Source of the DNA: Spirochaetota bacterium
GTDB taxonomy: Bacteria > Spirochaetota > UBA4802 > UBA5550
Length of the DNA: 64,000 nucleotides
Reading direction: 5' to 3'
NCBI GenBank assembly: GCA_050298055.1
Contig: JBNKTL010000027.1
Coordinates: 1,487-65,486, forward strand
The notes under the pieces are model-generated. The model was not told where the DNA came from, searched no databases, and saw only the letters and a list, made by a program, of their open reading frames with translations. The position numbers and the translations under genes are program-made. This document shows positions 1-9,678 of the stretch, in pieces. Every line of letters starts with the position of its first letter. Position 1 is the stretch's first letter.

Positions 1-1
1 C

Positions 2-1204
2 AGGGCACTGAAAGCCATGGCGGAGGACATTGCCGGAAACAAAGAGGAGATCATAAGCGCCAACAGGCGGGACATTGAGAGAAGCGAAAAGGAGAACCTC
101 CCGCTCCCCCTTCTGAAGAGGTTGAAGTTTGATGAGGAGAAAATAAAGGATGTTATTGAGGGCATCGAAAGCCTCATTAAAATACCCGACCCGGTGGGTG
201 AAATTATTGAAGCCACCGAGCTTTCACCGGGTCTGGAGCTCAACAAGGTCAGCTGTCCTATCGGGGTTATCGGGGTGATCTTTGAATCACGGCCCGATGC
301 ACTGGTGCAGATATCCACCCTCTGCCTGAAAAGCGGTAACAGTGTGATGCTCAAGGGAGGGAGCGAGGCGGCGGAGACCAACAGGGTCCTTGCCCGTATC
401 ATTGCCGATGCCGCGGAAAGCGCGGGGATCCCCGGCGGCTGGTTGCAGCTTCTGGAGACCCGTTCCGATGTGAACGAAATGCTGGGAATGGATGAACTCA
501 TCGACCTCATCATTCCCCGGGGCTCCAATGAATTTGTGAAATATATTATGGAGAATTCCAATATCCCGGTTCTGGGCCACGCCGACGGGATCTGCCACTG
601 CTATATTGATGAGGGAGCGGATATCCCCATGGCCCTTAAGGTGGCACTGGACTCCAAGACCCAGTATATTGCGGCCTGTAATACACTGGAGACCCTCCTG
701 GTTCACGGGAACATGGCTGATAAGGTCCTTCCGGTTTTAAAGGAAAAGATGGATGAGGCCGGTATTGAACTCGTGGGATGTGAAAAGAGTGTGAAGATCA
801 TTGATATGGGACCCGCTTCGGAAGAGGACTGGAAGACCGAGTACCTGGACTATAAGCTGTCCATTAAAGTGGTGGAGAGCATTGACGAGGCCATTGAGCA
901 TATCAACAGGTACGGTTCGGGGCATACGGATACAATTGTTACCCCGGACAGCGGGAACGCAAGGAAGTTCATGGACCTTGTTGATTCGGGCTGCGTGTTC
1001 TGGAACTGTTCAACCCGGTTCAGCGACGGTTACAGGTTCGGCCTGGGGGCCGAGGTGGGCATCAGCACCAACAAGATCCATGCCCGGGGACCGGTGGGCC
1101 TTCCCGGACTTCTCATCTACAAGTACAGGCTCTCGGGAGAGGGGCATACGGTCTCTGAATTCGCGGCGGGGACACGAAAATACACCCACAGAAAGATTAA
1201 GTGA
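2..1204 (+). CDS. proA: Gamma-glutamyl phosphate reductase; 5' end probably lies upstream of the window
   Basis: Motifs PIGVIGVIFESRP, LKGGSEA, IIPRG, ACNTLETLL, EYL, HINRYGSGHTD, STRFSDGYRFGLGAEVGIST.KIHARGPVGL. The frame is open back to base 2 (RALKAM). Confidence 0.97.
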   Translation, partial: RALKAMAEDIAGNKEEIISANRRDIERSEKENLPLPLLKRLKFDEEKIKDVIEGIESLIKIPDPVGEIIEATELSPGLELNKVSCPIGVIGVIFESRPDALVQISTLCLKSGNSVMLKGGSEAAETNRVLARIIADAAESAGIPGGWLQLLETRSDVNEMLGMDELIDLIIPRGSNEFVKYIMENSNIPVLGHADGICHCYIDEGADIPMALKVALDSKTQYIAACNTLETLLVHGNMADKVLPVLKEKMDEAGIELVGCEKSVKIIDMGPASEEDWKTEYLDYKLSIKVVESIDEAIEHINRYGSGHTDTIVTPDSGNARKFMDLVDSGCVFWNCSTRFSDGYRFGLGAEVGISTNKIHARGPVGLPGLLIYKYRLSGEGHTVSEFAAGTRKYTHRKIK

Positions 1205-1232
1205 TCCCGGAGCTAAGGGGAGAGTCACCTGC

Positions 1233-1661
1233 TTATTTCCCGTGGCGAACTCCCTTTTCAGCGGGCAGGGAGATAAATCCTCCCTGAAGGTAGAAAACCG
1301 AACCCGGGCCGCTGAAAGGGAAATGCCGGCTGTAGAGTTCTTCAAGATTCTTCTTCAACACAAGAGTACTTTTCTCGTCCTCTGCATAGACAAAGAGGAC
1401 CCATATATCTCCTGTCTTTGGGGCAACCGCTTCCTTTATTTTCTTCTTGAATCCAGGTTCCGGGAAGGGGATGTTCACCGCTCCTTCAATATGTCCCCCT
1501 CTGTAACGTTTCCGGTTTCTTGTGTCTACGAGCAGTGTGCGGACCTTCCTCGTTTTGTAATACCACCTGAATTTTTCAGGTTTAATATAACGGTGGTTTA
1601 CACTGCATCCGGAAAAGAGTAAAAGTACCGGTATAACATAAATCAATTTCAATTTTTTCAC
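1233..1661 (-). CDS. Rhodanese-like domain lipoprotein
   Basis: Lipobox LLFSGC; LLVDTR, Y..GHIEGAVNIP, YLQGGF. No catalytic Cys visible. Confidence 0.8.
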   Translation of the reverse strand: MKKLKLIYVIPVLLLFSGCSVNHRYIKPEKFRWYYKTRKVRTLLVDTRNRKRYRGGHIEGAVNIPFPEPGFKKKIKEAVAPKTGDIWVLFVYAEDEKSTLVLKKNLEELYSRHFPFSGPGSVFYLQGGFISLPAEKGVRHGK

Positions 1662-1692
1662 TTATGATATTCCATCATAACAGGTAAAATGA

Positions 1693-2220
1693 CTATTCTC
1701 CCTGCGCGGCAAACCCCTTTGTCCCCAGGCCTGTTGCCGATGAAGTCCCCGCGAGCCGGGCAAGATAGGACGCGCCGAGCTCTTTGATATGGTCGCCGAT
1801 ATTCTCAAAGTAGTTAAGATGTACCTGCTCTTCATTGATAATGGCCTCAAACAGTTTAGCGCTTATACTGTCGCCGTTCTCCATGCAGACCTTTAAGAAC
1901 CCGTTGTAGGCCTCTATGGCATGGTCTTCCTGCGCAACATCGTAGGGGTAGATCTCCTCAATTTTCTGCGCCTTCTTCACATCTCCGGCAGGTTCCGTGA
2001 CCGGTTCTCCTCCAAGCTCCTTGACCCTCTCGGCGAACATCTCCGCGTGTCTCATCTCGTCAACGGCAATGAGCTTCATCTTGCCCGCAAGTTCTCCGTA
2101 GTCCATGGCATCAATGCCGTAGTGCTGGTTCATATACTGGGTAATTGCCTGAAGTTCCATTGCACGTGCCGTGTTGAGTGCTTCAATAACCTTCTTTTTT
2201 TTCTCGTCTCGTGATGTCAT
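1693..2220 (-). CDS. bfr: Bacterioferritin
   Basis: Ferroxidase ligands in EL.AI.QY..QH, DEMRHAE (with heme Met), E..AI..Y, EEQVH. Confidence 0.9.
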   Translation of the reverse strand: MTSRDEKKKKVIEALNTARAMELQAITQYMNQHYGIDAMDYGELAGKMKLIAVDEMRHAEMFAERVKELGGEPVTEPAGDVKKAQKIEEIYPYDVAQEDHAIEAYNGFLKVCMENGDSISAKLFEAIINEEQVHLNYFENIGDHIKELGASYLARLAGTSSATGLGTKGFAAQGE

Positions 2221-2253
2221 CTGTTTCCTCCGCTGAATGTTTAATGAGGATCT

Positions 2254-2282
2254 AATCTAATCTTTTTCTTCTGTTTTGTCAA
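2254..2282 (-). promoter_or_regulatory. Putative sigma70 promoter for bfr
   Basis: Minus strand TTGACA-17 nt-TAGATT, about 35 nt upstream of the bfr start. Confidence 0.55.
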
Positions 2283-2459
2283 GAATTATGCGCCGGGGAA
2301 GTGTTAAACCTCTTTTTCTTAAATTCGTAATCCGAAAGTAAACATTCCTTTGCGGTAAAAATATAATTTTAAGGGAAAACATTGATATTCATTGACATAA
2401 TACAGATAATATCTACATAGTGTTTTATAATATAAAACCATTCATAAACAGGTAACAAG

Positions 2460-3368
2460 ATGACAGATAAAACCCTTACCGGTGCGGAACCGGCCGTAGA
2501 AAAAGAGATCCTTCCGGACGAGAAGGTCCGCTCTGTTGTTGAACTGATAAACTCCGGCGCCGATGAAGATATAAGCAAAATAAACAGGCTCATCGCGGAG
2601 TATAAGTTCAGCAGCCTGAAGCTCGCGGAGATTATCAGGCTCTCACCCCTGCAAAAGTTCCTGAATGTCAATGTGAGTGTTCTTCATCCCAAGGTGGTTG
2701 TAAGGGTCATCGCCTGCTGCGTTAATGTTATCAACCTGAGCAGGGACGTTGAGCTGGTGAGCAAATGCCAGAAGATCCTGGATGTGGCCTGCGACCGTCT
2801 CTATTACGTAAATTTCGGCAACGATGAGCTCCTGGAGCTGGCTGATATCGATTACAGCAAGGTGACCGATTACCTTGTGAGCATAAGCAACAATTTTGAC
2901 CTCCAGGCAAAGATACTCCTCTCCGAAGAGAACGCCAACCACGTTGTGGATATCCTCAATTCCGGAGATATGGAGAAGCTCAAGAGTATCAACCGGATGA
3001 TTGAAGAATACAAGTTCAACCACCACAGGCTCGCGTATATTCTCTTAAAAACACCCATAGAGCTCCTGGAGAACATGCCGGCGGATTTCCTCATCACCAA
3101 GATAATTATCAGGGTCATCGCCTGCGCCGTTCTTGAGCTGAAAAGGAACAGGGATTTGAGCGCGGATGAGAGGGACCGGTTCCAGAGGATCTACAACAAA
3201 GCCTACAGTGTATTACAGGAAAGGAACCTGACTACCGATGATTACCTGGAGCTTGCCCGTATTCCCGACGAGAAGCTGCTCCAGCTCGCGAACGTGAGCA
3301 ACCACTTCGGTGTTCAGAACATGGTTATCGAAACTTCACTACTGGCGGGAATTACCGTCAGGAGTTGA
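2460..3368 (+). CDS. Hypothetical all-alpha protein with two ~135-aa internal repeats
   Basis: VVELINSG..INRLIAEYKF..RVIACCV..LELA..SNNF versus VVDILNSG..INRMIEEYKF..RVIACAV..LELA..SNHF. Confidence 0.8.
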   Translation: MTDKTLTGAEPAVEKEILPDEKVRSVVELINSGADEDISKINRLIAEYKFSSLKLAEIIRLSPLQKFLNVNVSVLHPKVVVRVIACCVNVINLSRDVELVSKCQKILDVACDRLYYVNFGNDELLELADIDYSKVTDYLVSISNNFDLQAKILLSEENANHVVDILNSGDMEKLKSINRMIEEYKFNHHRLAYILLKTPIELLENMPADFLITKIIIRVIACAVLELKRNRDLSADERDRFQRIYNKAYSVLQERNLTTDDYLELARIPDEKLLQLANVSNHFGVQNMVIETSLLAGITVRS

Positions 3369-3497
3369 TATATTCACCCTTTTTTTACCAATAAACCTCA
3401 CAGGGCATGATTGAAATTTCGGGACGAGGTGTTCCGGTAATGTATTAAGAAGAATTACCCTGTTTTCTGGTCACGTGGTGTCCAACCGGAGGATGTT

Positions 3498-5588
3498 TTG
3501 TCTCTACTTCACAGGTTCCAGGATATTCTCAGAGAAATTCTCATTGATCGGGGCGGAGGAAATTTTGCCGAAATTGATATTGAAGCCCCGTTTCATAACA
3601 AGGAAGAGGGCCGGGATGCTGCGCCGGAAAAGCTGAATGCCGCTTTTCTGATTAAGTATGCCGGTGAGAAACACCCTCTCTTCGGCCATGCAGCGGAATA
3701 TATTGAAAAGCTTTCCGCTGATCCGGAGTGGGAAAGCACTATCGCATTCCTTGAGAGCGGGATGGATGTTACGGCTGATGAACTGGAGAGATCGTATAGC
3801 GGCAACAGCGATTTCCGGGAGACCTTCGATGACCTTCACAGGTGGATGATCACAGAGTCAGGAAAAAGTGACAGGGAGAATCCCATCGGGAAAATCAGGG
3901 GGCTCTTTTTCCCCGAGGGGGCCTTCGATCCCGGGAAGAGGGAGGAGGAGATATCCGCCCTCCGAAAGAAAAGAAGGGTAGAGATAACGGAGCCGAACAG
4001 GGACTGCATTAAAAAACCGGGAAGAGAAATCCTCTTTACATCAAACGCGCTCCTGACACTGCCCTCCTCTTCCGCAGAGATTGACGGGCTTGATATCCAT
4101 CCCGGGATAAAAGATAAACTGGAAAAAATCTCCGGGGAGGAACAGCTCTACTGGTATGATCACCCGGTCCAGATCGGCGTTGTTCCGGAACAGAATGAGC
4201 TTCTCTACGGTCTTGAAAATTTTGACCGGGCCCTTGCCTGCGAGGAAAAACAGGGCATGAAAGAGAGGGACGCAAAGGTTGATTTTCTCCTCTCGGTTTC
4301 GGTAACCCACAACGGGCTTCATGAAATCTCCCGGGAATATATGGAATATGAGTTCGGGAAAAAGAGCGGGATAAAAAGGCTTAACCTTTACATCTTCACC
4401 GAGAAAGACACCCGGGACCTGGTAGAAGCCGTCCTGCTTCCTGCGGCGGAGAAATATCTTCCGGGTCATGATGCCCGTGTCCTTCGTGAAATTTTCGGTG
4501 TTGACGGTATGTACGGACGGCATTACACTTTTCTCAAGGCCGTAACTCCCCTCTGGAAGCTCTTTGTCTCACCGGAAACAAAGGGAAGTTTTAAAATTGA
4601 CCTCGACCAGGTCTTCCCCCAGGAAGAGCTCCTTGCAAAAACCGGAAAGACCGCCTTTGGTCACTTCACATCGCAACTCTGGGGCGCCTCGGGAAAAGAC
4701 AGCATGGGCAGACCGGTGCACCTGGGACTTGTAGCCGGGGCCCTGGTGAATCAAAAGGATATGGACAAATCGCTCTATTCATCCGACGTCACTTTCCCGG
4801 AAACAGACGAGAAGAAGGACACCCTTGTTTTTCACAGCAGGCTGCCCCAGGCCCTCTCAACAGAGGCCGAGATGCAGACCCGGTACGGGGAGGAGACCGG
4901 CATTGACGGCAGGGAGAGCTGTATCCAGCGGATCCATGTAACCGGAGGGACAACCGGTATCCTCACGGAGAGCCTGAGAAAATACAGGCCCTTCACCCCC
5001 TCCTTTATCGGCCGCGCCGAGGACCAGGCCTATATCCTGTCGGTGCTTTCCCGTGAGGAAAAGGAGGGATATCTCCGGTATTTTCACCGTGACGGTCTGA
5101 TCATGCGCCATGACAAGGAGGCGTTTGCCTCCGAGTCCATAAAGGCGGCAGAGACGGGAAAGATGATCGGTGACTATGAAAGGATTGTTCTCTTTTCATT
5201 TTATGCAGCAGCGCTTCCCTGGAGTGTTGATGAGATCAAGGACACGGTTGATCCCTTTACCGGGTGTTTTATCTCGAGGATACCCTGGACCGTTGTGGTT
5301 CTCAGGCTTATGCTGAAAACCGCCTCACTTTTTGGGAATGAAAAGAGCAGGAAAAACGCGGCCGGTTTTCTGAAACTCGGTTCGGAGAGGCTCGGGGAGC
5401 TTTTAAGGAATCTTCAGTCGGGGAAAATGAATATCCCCCGATTATATGAGAGGGAACGAAGGGGCTGGGAGCTCTACTATGATATTCTGGATGTTCTTGA
5501 AGAAAAACTGGCTTCCGGTGATGAATTTGCTCTGACCCTCAGGGAGAAAGCCCGGGAGATAATCGGGGACTGCCGGTTGAATATTTAG
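3498..5588 (+). CDS. Hypothetical 696-aa protein with a GT-A glycosyltransferase-like motif set
   Basis: Long ORF with GGAGG RBS and TTG start; KIDLDQ (DxD), VTGGTTG, GRAEDQ, MRHDK. Confidence 0.7.
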   Translation: MSLLHRFQDILREILIDRGGGNFAEIDIEAPFHNKEEGRDAAPEKLNAAFLIKYAGEKHPLFGHAAEYIEKLSADPEWESTIAFLESGMDVTADELERSYSGNSDFRETFDDLHRWMITESGKSDRENPIGKIRGLFFPEGAFDPGKREEEISALRKKRRVEITEPNRDCIKKPGREILFTSNALLTLPSSSAEIDGLDIHPGIKDKLEKISGEEQLYWYDHPVQIGVVPEQNELLYGLENFDRALACEEKQGMKERDAKVDFLLSVSVTHNGLHEISREYMEYEFGKKSGIKRLNLYIFTEKDTRDLVEAVLLPAAEKYLPGHDARVLREIFGVDGMYGRHYTFLKAVTPLWKLFVSPETKGSFKIDLDQVFPQEELLAKTGKTAFGHFTSQLWGASGKDSMGRPVHLGLVAGALVNQKDMDKSLYSSDVTFPETDEKKDTLVFHSRLPQALSTEAEMQTRYGEETGIDGRESCIQRIHVTGGTTGILTESLRKYRPFTPSFIGRAEDQAYILSVLSREEKEGYLRYFHRDGLIMRHDKEAFASESIKAAETGKMIGDYERIVLFSFYAAALPWSVDEIKDTVDPFTGCFISRIPWTVVVLRLMLKTASLFGNEKSRKNAAGFLKLGSERLGELLRNLQSGKMNIPRLYERERRGWELYYDILDVLEEKLASGDEFALTLREKAREIIGDCRLNI

Positions 5589-5625
5589 ACGGGTCTCCCG
5601 GGCATTTTATCGCCGGCATTAAACT

Positions 5626-7059
5626 TCAGAACCGGTATCCCAGTGTCACCAGGGGGATCGTTTCCCTCAGTATATTTCCGGGAGCCTCAGGATTAATGGC
5701 CCCGGGGTTCGGGGAGAATATCCGCACCAGACCCAGGGGGTTGAATTGTATCACCAGGTTTTCGGCAAGGTGCCGGCCGGCCGCGTTATGGCGAAAGATA
5801 TAATAGATTCCCGAGAAACCTCCCAGGGCCCCGGCGGAAGCGGAAACCAGGATAAAGGGGCGGTTGTCCGGTAAAATGTAATAGGCAATACCGGCCCCGA
5901 GAAGCCCGCCGGCAATTTCCCCCAGTAATATCAGGCCCCCTTCTCCCTGGGAGAATTCCTTTCCCGCAACCAGGTAATATCCCGCGGCGGCCCCTGCCAG
6001 TGATCCGGTCAGAGAGGCGCCTGTGAAGATATTTTCCCTGCGGGTCCCTGTCATGTCCACGAAACCCAGCGGCATGAATGCACCCAGCAATATTGCGGCG
6101 TTTTCTACCACAACATCGCCCCGGGAATAGTTTTCATGGGTTGAGGCATAATATCCCAGGAGTGTACCGGCCGCGGACCCCGTGAGAAGTGACGCGCCGC
6201 TGAGCCGCGTATTCTCCATATCCGTAGTTATAAAGAGTGTCTCAAAGGTCCAGACGGTGAACCAGAGGGAGGATGACGCGCTCAGGTCCGCCTGGCCGGT
6301 TGTCATATTCAGTTCCCGGGCAAGATAATATCCCGCCGTACCTTCGGCCAGGGCAAGCCCCAGTACGTATGAGGAAACCTGCCGCGGGGACACGGAGTTG
6401 TTGCCGTTTATAAGCAGGTTTAAGGCGAATCCCTGGAAGGAACCTTCCAGGGACCCGTAGAGATAGGAATAAGCGGATGATTCACTGACCCGGCTGTTAT
6501 ATGTCATCCAAAAGGGGAGAAAAAATCCGGCGCTCCCCATAATGCATTCAAGGCCTATGACATTTTTCCGGCTGTCAATATCAAGTATGTTCACTGTGAG
6601 AGGTCCGTAGAGGGCCAGTGAAAATGCCGTGGTGAATGCCAGGAAGGCGTATCTTCCCTCCTGGTCAGGGGCGGGTATGTTCCCGGTTTCGGATATTTTC
6701 CTGAGGACCTTCCGCCTGAATTCATGGAACCCGGCTTCGTCCAGAACTATTTTCTTCCGGGTAACAGCGGTATTCCTGTAATAGAGGACCTCAAGGGAAT
6801 AAGTGTTTTTGTCCGTCCTGAATACCCGGGCTTCCCTGAAGTCCCTGTATTCGGGGAACAGGTTGAGCCGTTTTTCAAGTTCCCGGGATATATACGGGAT
6901 CTTTCCCCCGGGGTCAATACTCACCTGAACATCTTCACCCAAGACCTCTGTTCCTGCAAGGAGCATGAGAAAAAAGGAAATAACTTTCATGGTGCCTGTA
7001 GTTCTCATGATAAACAGATTGAACGGGTGATCCCGGTGAAAACGCGTATTTTTTTCCAC
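5626..7059 (-). CDS. Membrane protein with an N-terminal soluble domain and many Gly/Ala-rich hydrophobic segments
   Basis: Signal-like MKVISFFLMLLAG (true start may be internal); repeated GxxxGxxxG..Y helices; ends in LGYRF. Confidence 0.75.
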   Translation of the reverse strand: MEKNTRFHRDHPFNLFIMRTTGTMKVISFFLMLLAGTEVLGEDVQVSIDPGGKIPYISRELEKRLNLFPEYRDFREARVFRTDKNTYSLEVLYYRNTAVTRKKIVLDEAGFHEFRRKVLRKISETGNIPAPDQEGRYAFLAFTTAFSLALYGPLTVNILDIDSRKNVIGLECIMGSAGFFLPFWMTYNSRVSESSAYSYLYGSLEGSFQGFALNLLINGNNSVSPRQVSSYVLGLALAEGTAGYYLARELNMTTGQADLSASSSLWFTVWTFETLFITTDMENTRLSGASLLTGSAAGTLLGYYASTHENYSRGDVVVENAAILLGAFMPLGFVDMTGTRRENIFTGASLTGSLAGAAAGYYLVAGKEFSQGEGGLILLGEIAGGLLGAGIAYYILPDNRPFILVSASAGALGGFSGIYYIFRHNAAGRHLAENLVIQFNPLGLVRIFSPNPGAINPEAPGNILRETIPLVTLGYRF

Positions 7060-7100
7060 CCCTGTGGATGTACAAATAGTAGTGGAACAGGCTCTCTTTT

Positions 7101-9662
7101 TTAATCAACCAGTTCCTTTGACCTGATCCTCTCCATGGCCCAGAGGGTGAACTTACGGACCCGGCGCTCGGGATCGTTTTTAAGGTCCTCCAGGATCTCC
7201 TTCCCCGCTTTCCCGGCCAGGATCTCCAGCGCCCTGGTGACCTTCACCCTGACTTCGTCGTCGGGGTCCCGGGCGGCAAGGACGATACCCCTGAAGGCGG
7301 CTTTGCTTCCCACCTGTGAGAGAAAATCAGCTGCGTCTCTCCGGATCGCCGGATCACGGTGGGAGAGCTTCCGGATAATGGATTCCGTATAACCGGTGGA
7401 GTCGAGTATTCCCGTAAGATAATCGTGTAAGGAGGGAATATCCTCCTCGAGGAGTTCCCTGATGGCTTTTTCCGATTCCCCGCCCATCTTTTTAAAGACC
7501 CTGCTGATCTTCTCGCGGAGAGTGGGCTCAGCGTCTTTCATATTTTCAACCAGGCGCATTACCGCCTTTTTATGGGTGAGAGATGAGAGGGCGTTTGCAG
7601 CGGCATCTGAAAACTCCGTGTCCTCATCCATGAATTTTACCAGGACATCAACCGCTTCCGGGTGAAGGGAGGTTGAGAGTCCTTTCAGGGCGGCCAGCTT
7701 TACGCTTTCCACCTCGTTTTCATCGGAGAGCAGTTCCCGAAACCTCTTTATATTTGCCGGGGTCCCGAATGTGCCGAATGTTTTTGCGGCGGCAATTCTC
7801 ACCCGTTCAACAGGGTCTCTCATCATGTTAAATGCCTGGTTTACGGATTTCATGTCATCAAAATCCGCCAGGGCCATGAGAGCGGAAATCCGGACATCTG
7901 GTTCCGCGTCTTTCAGTGCGTCCCGGATCTCCTTGAGAAACACCTTTTTATCAGCACCCGGGAGGCTCGCGATAATAGCGGCCCGTGTCCTTCCGTCGGG
8001 CTGTTTCAGGAGATGGCTTATCCTGTTGTCAAAGTTCTCACCTCCGTATTCCGCCAGGACCTTCGCGAACTCCTTTGCTTCGTCCAGGGGCAGTATGGGA
8101 AGCTGTTCAAGAACAGGCTGCAGGCAGTAGGGAAGTTTGTACCAGGCCAGGACCTGGAGCGCGCTGATCCTGACCTTGTGGGAAAAAACCTTTCTACCCG
8201 ATTTAATAATGGTAAAAATATCCGGAAGGACCAGTTCCGGCTGCGGCCGGGTAAATGCCTCTCTCAGCGCCTCCCGGCTGTTGAATTTGTCATCCTTGAG
8301 AATTTCCAGAAGGAGAGGCAGGGTAATAAAACCGTACTCTCCGGGAAGGTTCTTCAGTATATATTCCGATTTTTCACTGCTGGAGCGGACGGCGCTCAAT
8401 TCTCTCATAAGAAGTGAAAAAGCTTCTTCTGTCCCCCGCAGGCAGATGGCGTCTACGGCGCTCTCCCAAACCTCCCGGGCGTTGTCTCCCGCGGCGGAAA
8501 AGGCCGCCGACGCAATTGGCGCGATAAGATTTCTCTTTCCCGCATTTTTCAGTATTTTCAGTGAAATATACTGCGCGCCGGGACTGAGGTCCCGGGCCTT
8601 CAGGAAGCCGCAAACCTGGACTTCCGCGGCATTCATAAGGAGCTTCGAGGTCCTCTGAAGGTTCTCCCTGTCCTGAAAGCTGACCTGGTCCAGTTTTTCA
8701 GCGAGGACACCGTTGGACTGAAGAAAAAGGGCGGCGGGAAGCCTCAATTCAAGGTTGCTGCCATTCAGAAGCTGTATGGCGGTATTGATATCTTCATCGG
8801 AGTCCGGTTCCAGAAAATCGAGAACGTGAAGGGCCTCGTCACCTTCAAGTTGTTCATATTTAATGACGTGTTCCTCTTTGAATTCTTCACAGATCCTCTT
8901 ATAAGCTGCCTGGCGGACTTCAAAGCTGGGATCGTGAAGAAGTAAATTCCGGAGGTCCTTATAAAGCTTTTTATCCTCAATGTGCTTAAACTCCTCGCAT
9001 ATGGTTTTTCTCACCAGGGGGTGGGGGTCCTGAAATCCTTCTTCAAGGGCCCTGAGGGACCTGGGGTCATCGTCATGAATCATAAGTTTTACCGCGAAGT
9101 ATCGTGCCGTCCATTCGGGATCTCCCGATATCTCCCTTATTTCGTCCATGCGGGATGAAAAAATCTTCATGGCTTTGGCCCCGTCAAAAGATTCTCCGGA
9201 ACCCGACAGGGCCATTTTTCTCATAAAACCGGGTTCGCCTCCGATCCTGTTAAAGACCGTTTTTTCCAGGGCGGGATTTTCAATGGCGGCAAGCAGGGCG
9301 GTGAAGAGGCCCTTTTCCGGGAGAAATTCCAGAACACGGTGAAGGTCGGATTCAGATCTCTTTTCACGGAGACGGTCCAGCCAGAGCCTGTCGATACCGG
9401 TTGCGGATATTATTTCCGGGTTCTTTTCCCGGGCGAACTGTTCTATTATTTTAGATCTTTTTAAGAGGATTTTTGGTTCCGGAAGGAGTGTTTCCGCGTC
9501 CCGTCCTTCTATGACTTCTGACAGGATTTGATAAAAACGTTTTCGGGAAATCATGTTTTTTACCAGTGCCGCGATTACCGCCATGACGGCAATGATCCCC
9601 AGGCCTGCTAATAAGAGAACCCGCGTGTCCTGTGTATCGAAAAAATTGAGAAGCAGTTCCAT
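7101..9662 (-). CDS. Membrane-anchored HEAT-repeat protein
   Basis: N-terminal TM helix; repeated D[P/A]xxxVRxxAxxAL units (DPHPLVR, DPSFEVR, DAEPDVR, DPVERVR, DPDDEVR, DPERRVR). Confidence 0.9.
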   Translation of the reverse strand: MELLLNFFDTQDTRVLLLAGLGIIAVMAVIAALVKNMISRKRFYQILSEVIEGRDAETLLPEPKILLKRSKIIEQFAREKNPEIISATGIDRLWLDRLREKRSESDLHRVLEFLPEKGLFTALLAAIENPALEKTVFNRIGGEPGFMRKMALSGSGESFDGAKAMKIFSSRMDEIREISGDPEWTARYFAVKLMIHDDDPRSLRALEEGFQDPHPLVRKTICEEFKHIEDKKLYKDLRNLLLHDPSFEVRQAAYKRICEEFKEEHVIKYEQLEGDEALHVLDFLEPDSDEDINTAIQLLNGSNLELRLPAALFLQSNGVLAEKLDQVSFQDRENLQRTSKLLMNAAEVQVCGFLKARDLSPGAQYISLKILKNAGKRNLIAPIASAAFSAAGDNAREVWESAVDAICLRGTEEAFSLLMRELSAVRSSSEKSEYILKNLPGEYGFITLPLLLEILKDDKFNSREALREAFTRPQPELVLPDIFTIIKSGRKVFSHKVRISALQVLAWYKLPYCLQPVLEQLPILPLDEAKEFAKVLAEYGGENFDNRISHLLKQPDGRTRAAIIASLPGADKKVFLKEIRDALKDAEPDVRISALMALADFDDMKSVNQAFNMMRDPVERVRIAAAKTFGTFGTPANIKRFRELLSDENEVESVKLAALKGLSTSLHPEAVDVLVKFMDEDTEFSDAAANALSSLTHKKAVMRLVENMKDAEPTLREKISRVFKKMGGESEKAIRELLEEDIPSLHDYLTGILDSTGYTESIIRKLSHRDPAIRRDAADFLSQVGSKAAFRGIVLAARDPDDEVRVKVTRALEILAGKAGKEILEDLKNDPERRVRKFTLWAMERIRSKELVD

Positions 9663-9678
9663 AATTATCCTCCCTCTT

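Noticed and set aside
801-1622. 273-aa plus-strand ORF and other long overlapping ORFs (e.g. 9887..10489, 25804..26445, 28528..29304, 41322..41993)
   Set aside because: They are alternate-frame or antisense shadows of well-supported genes and show no recognisable motifs.
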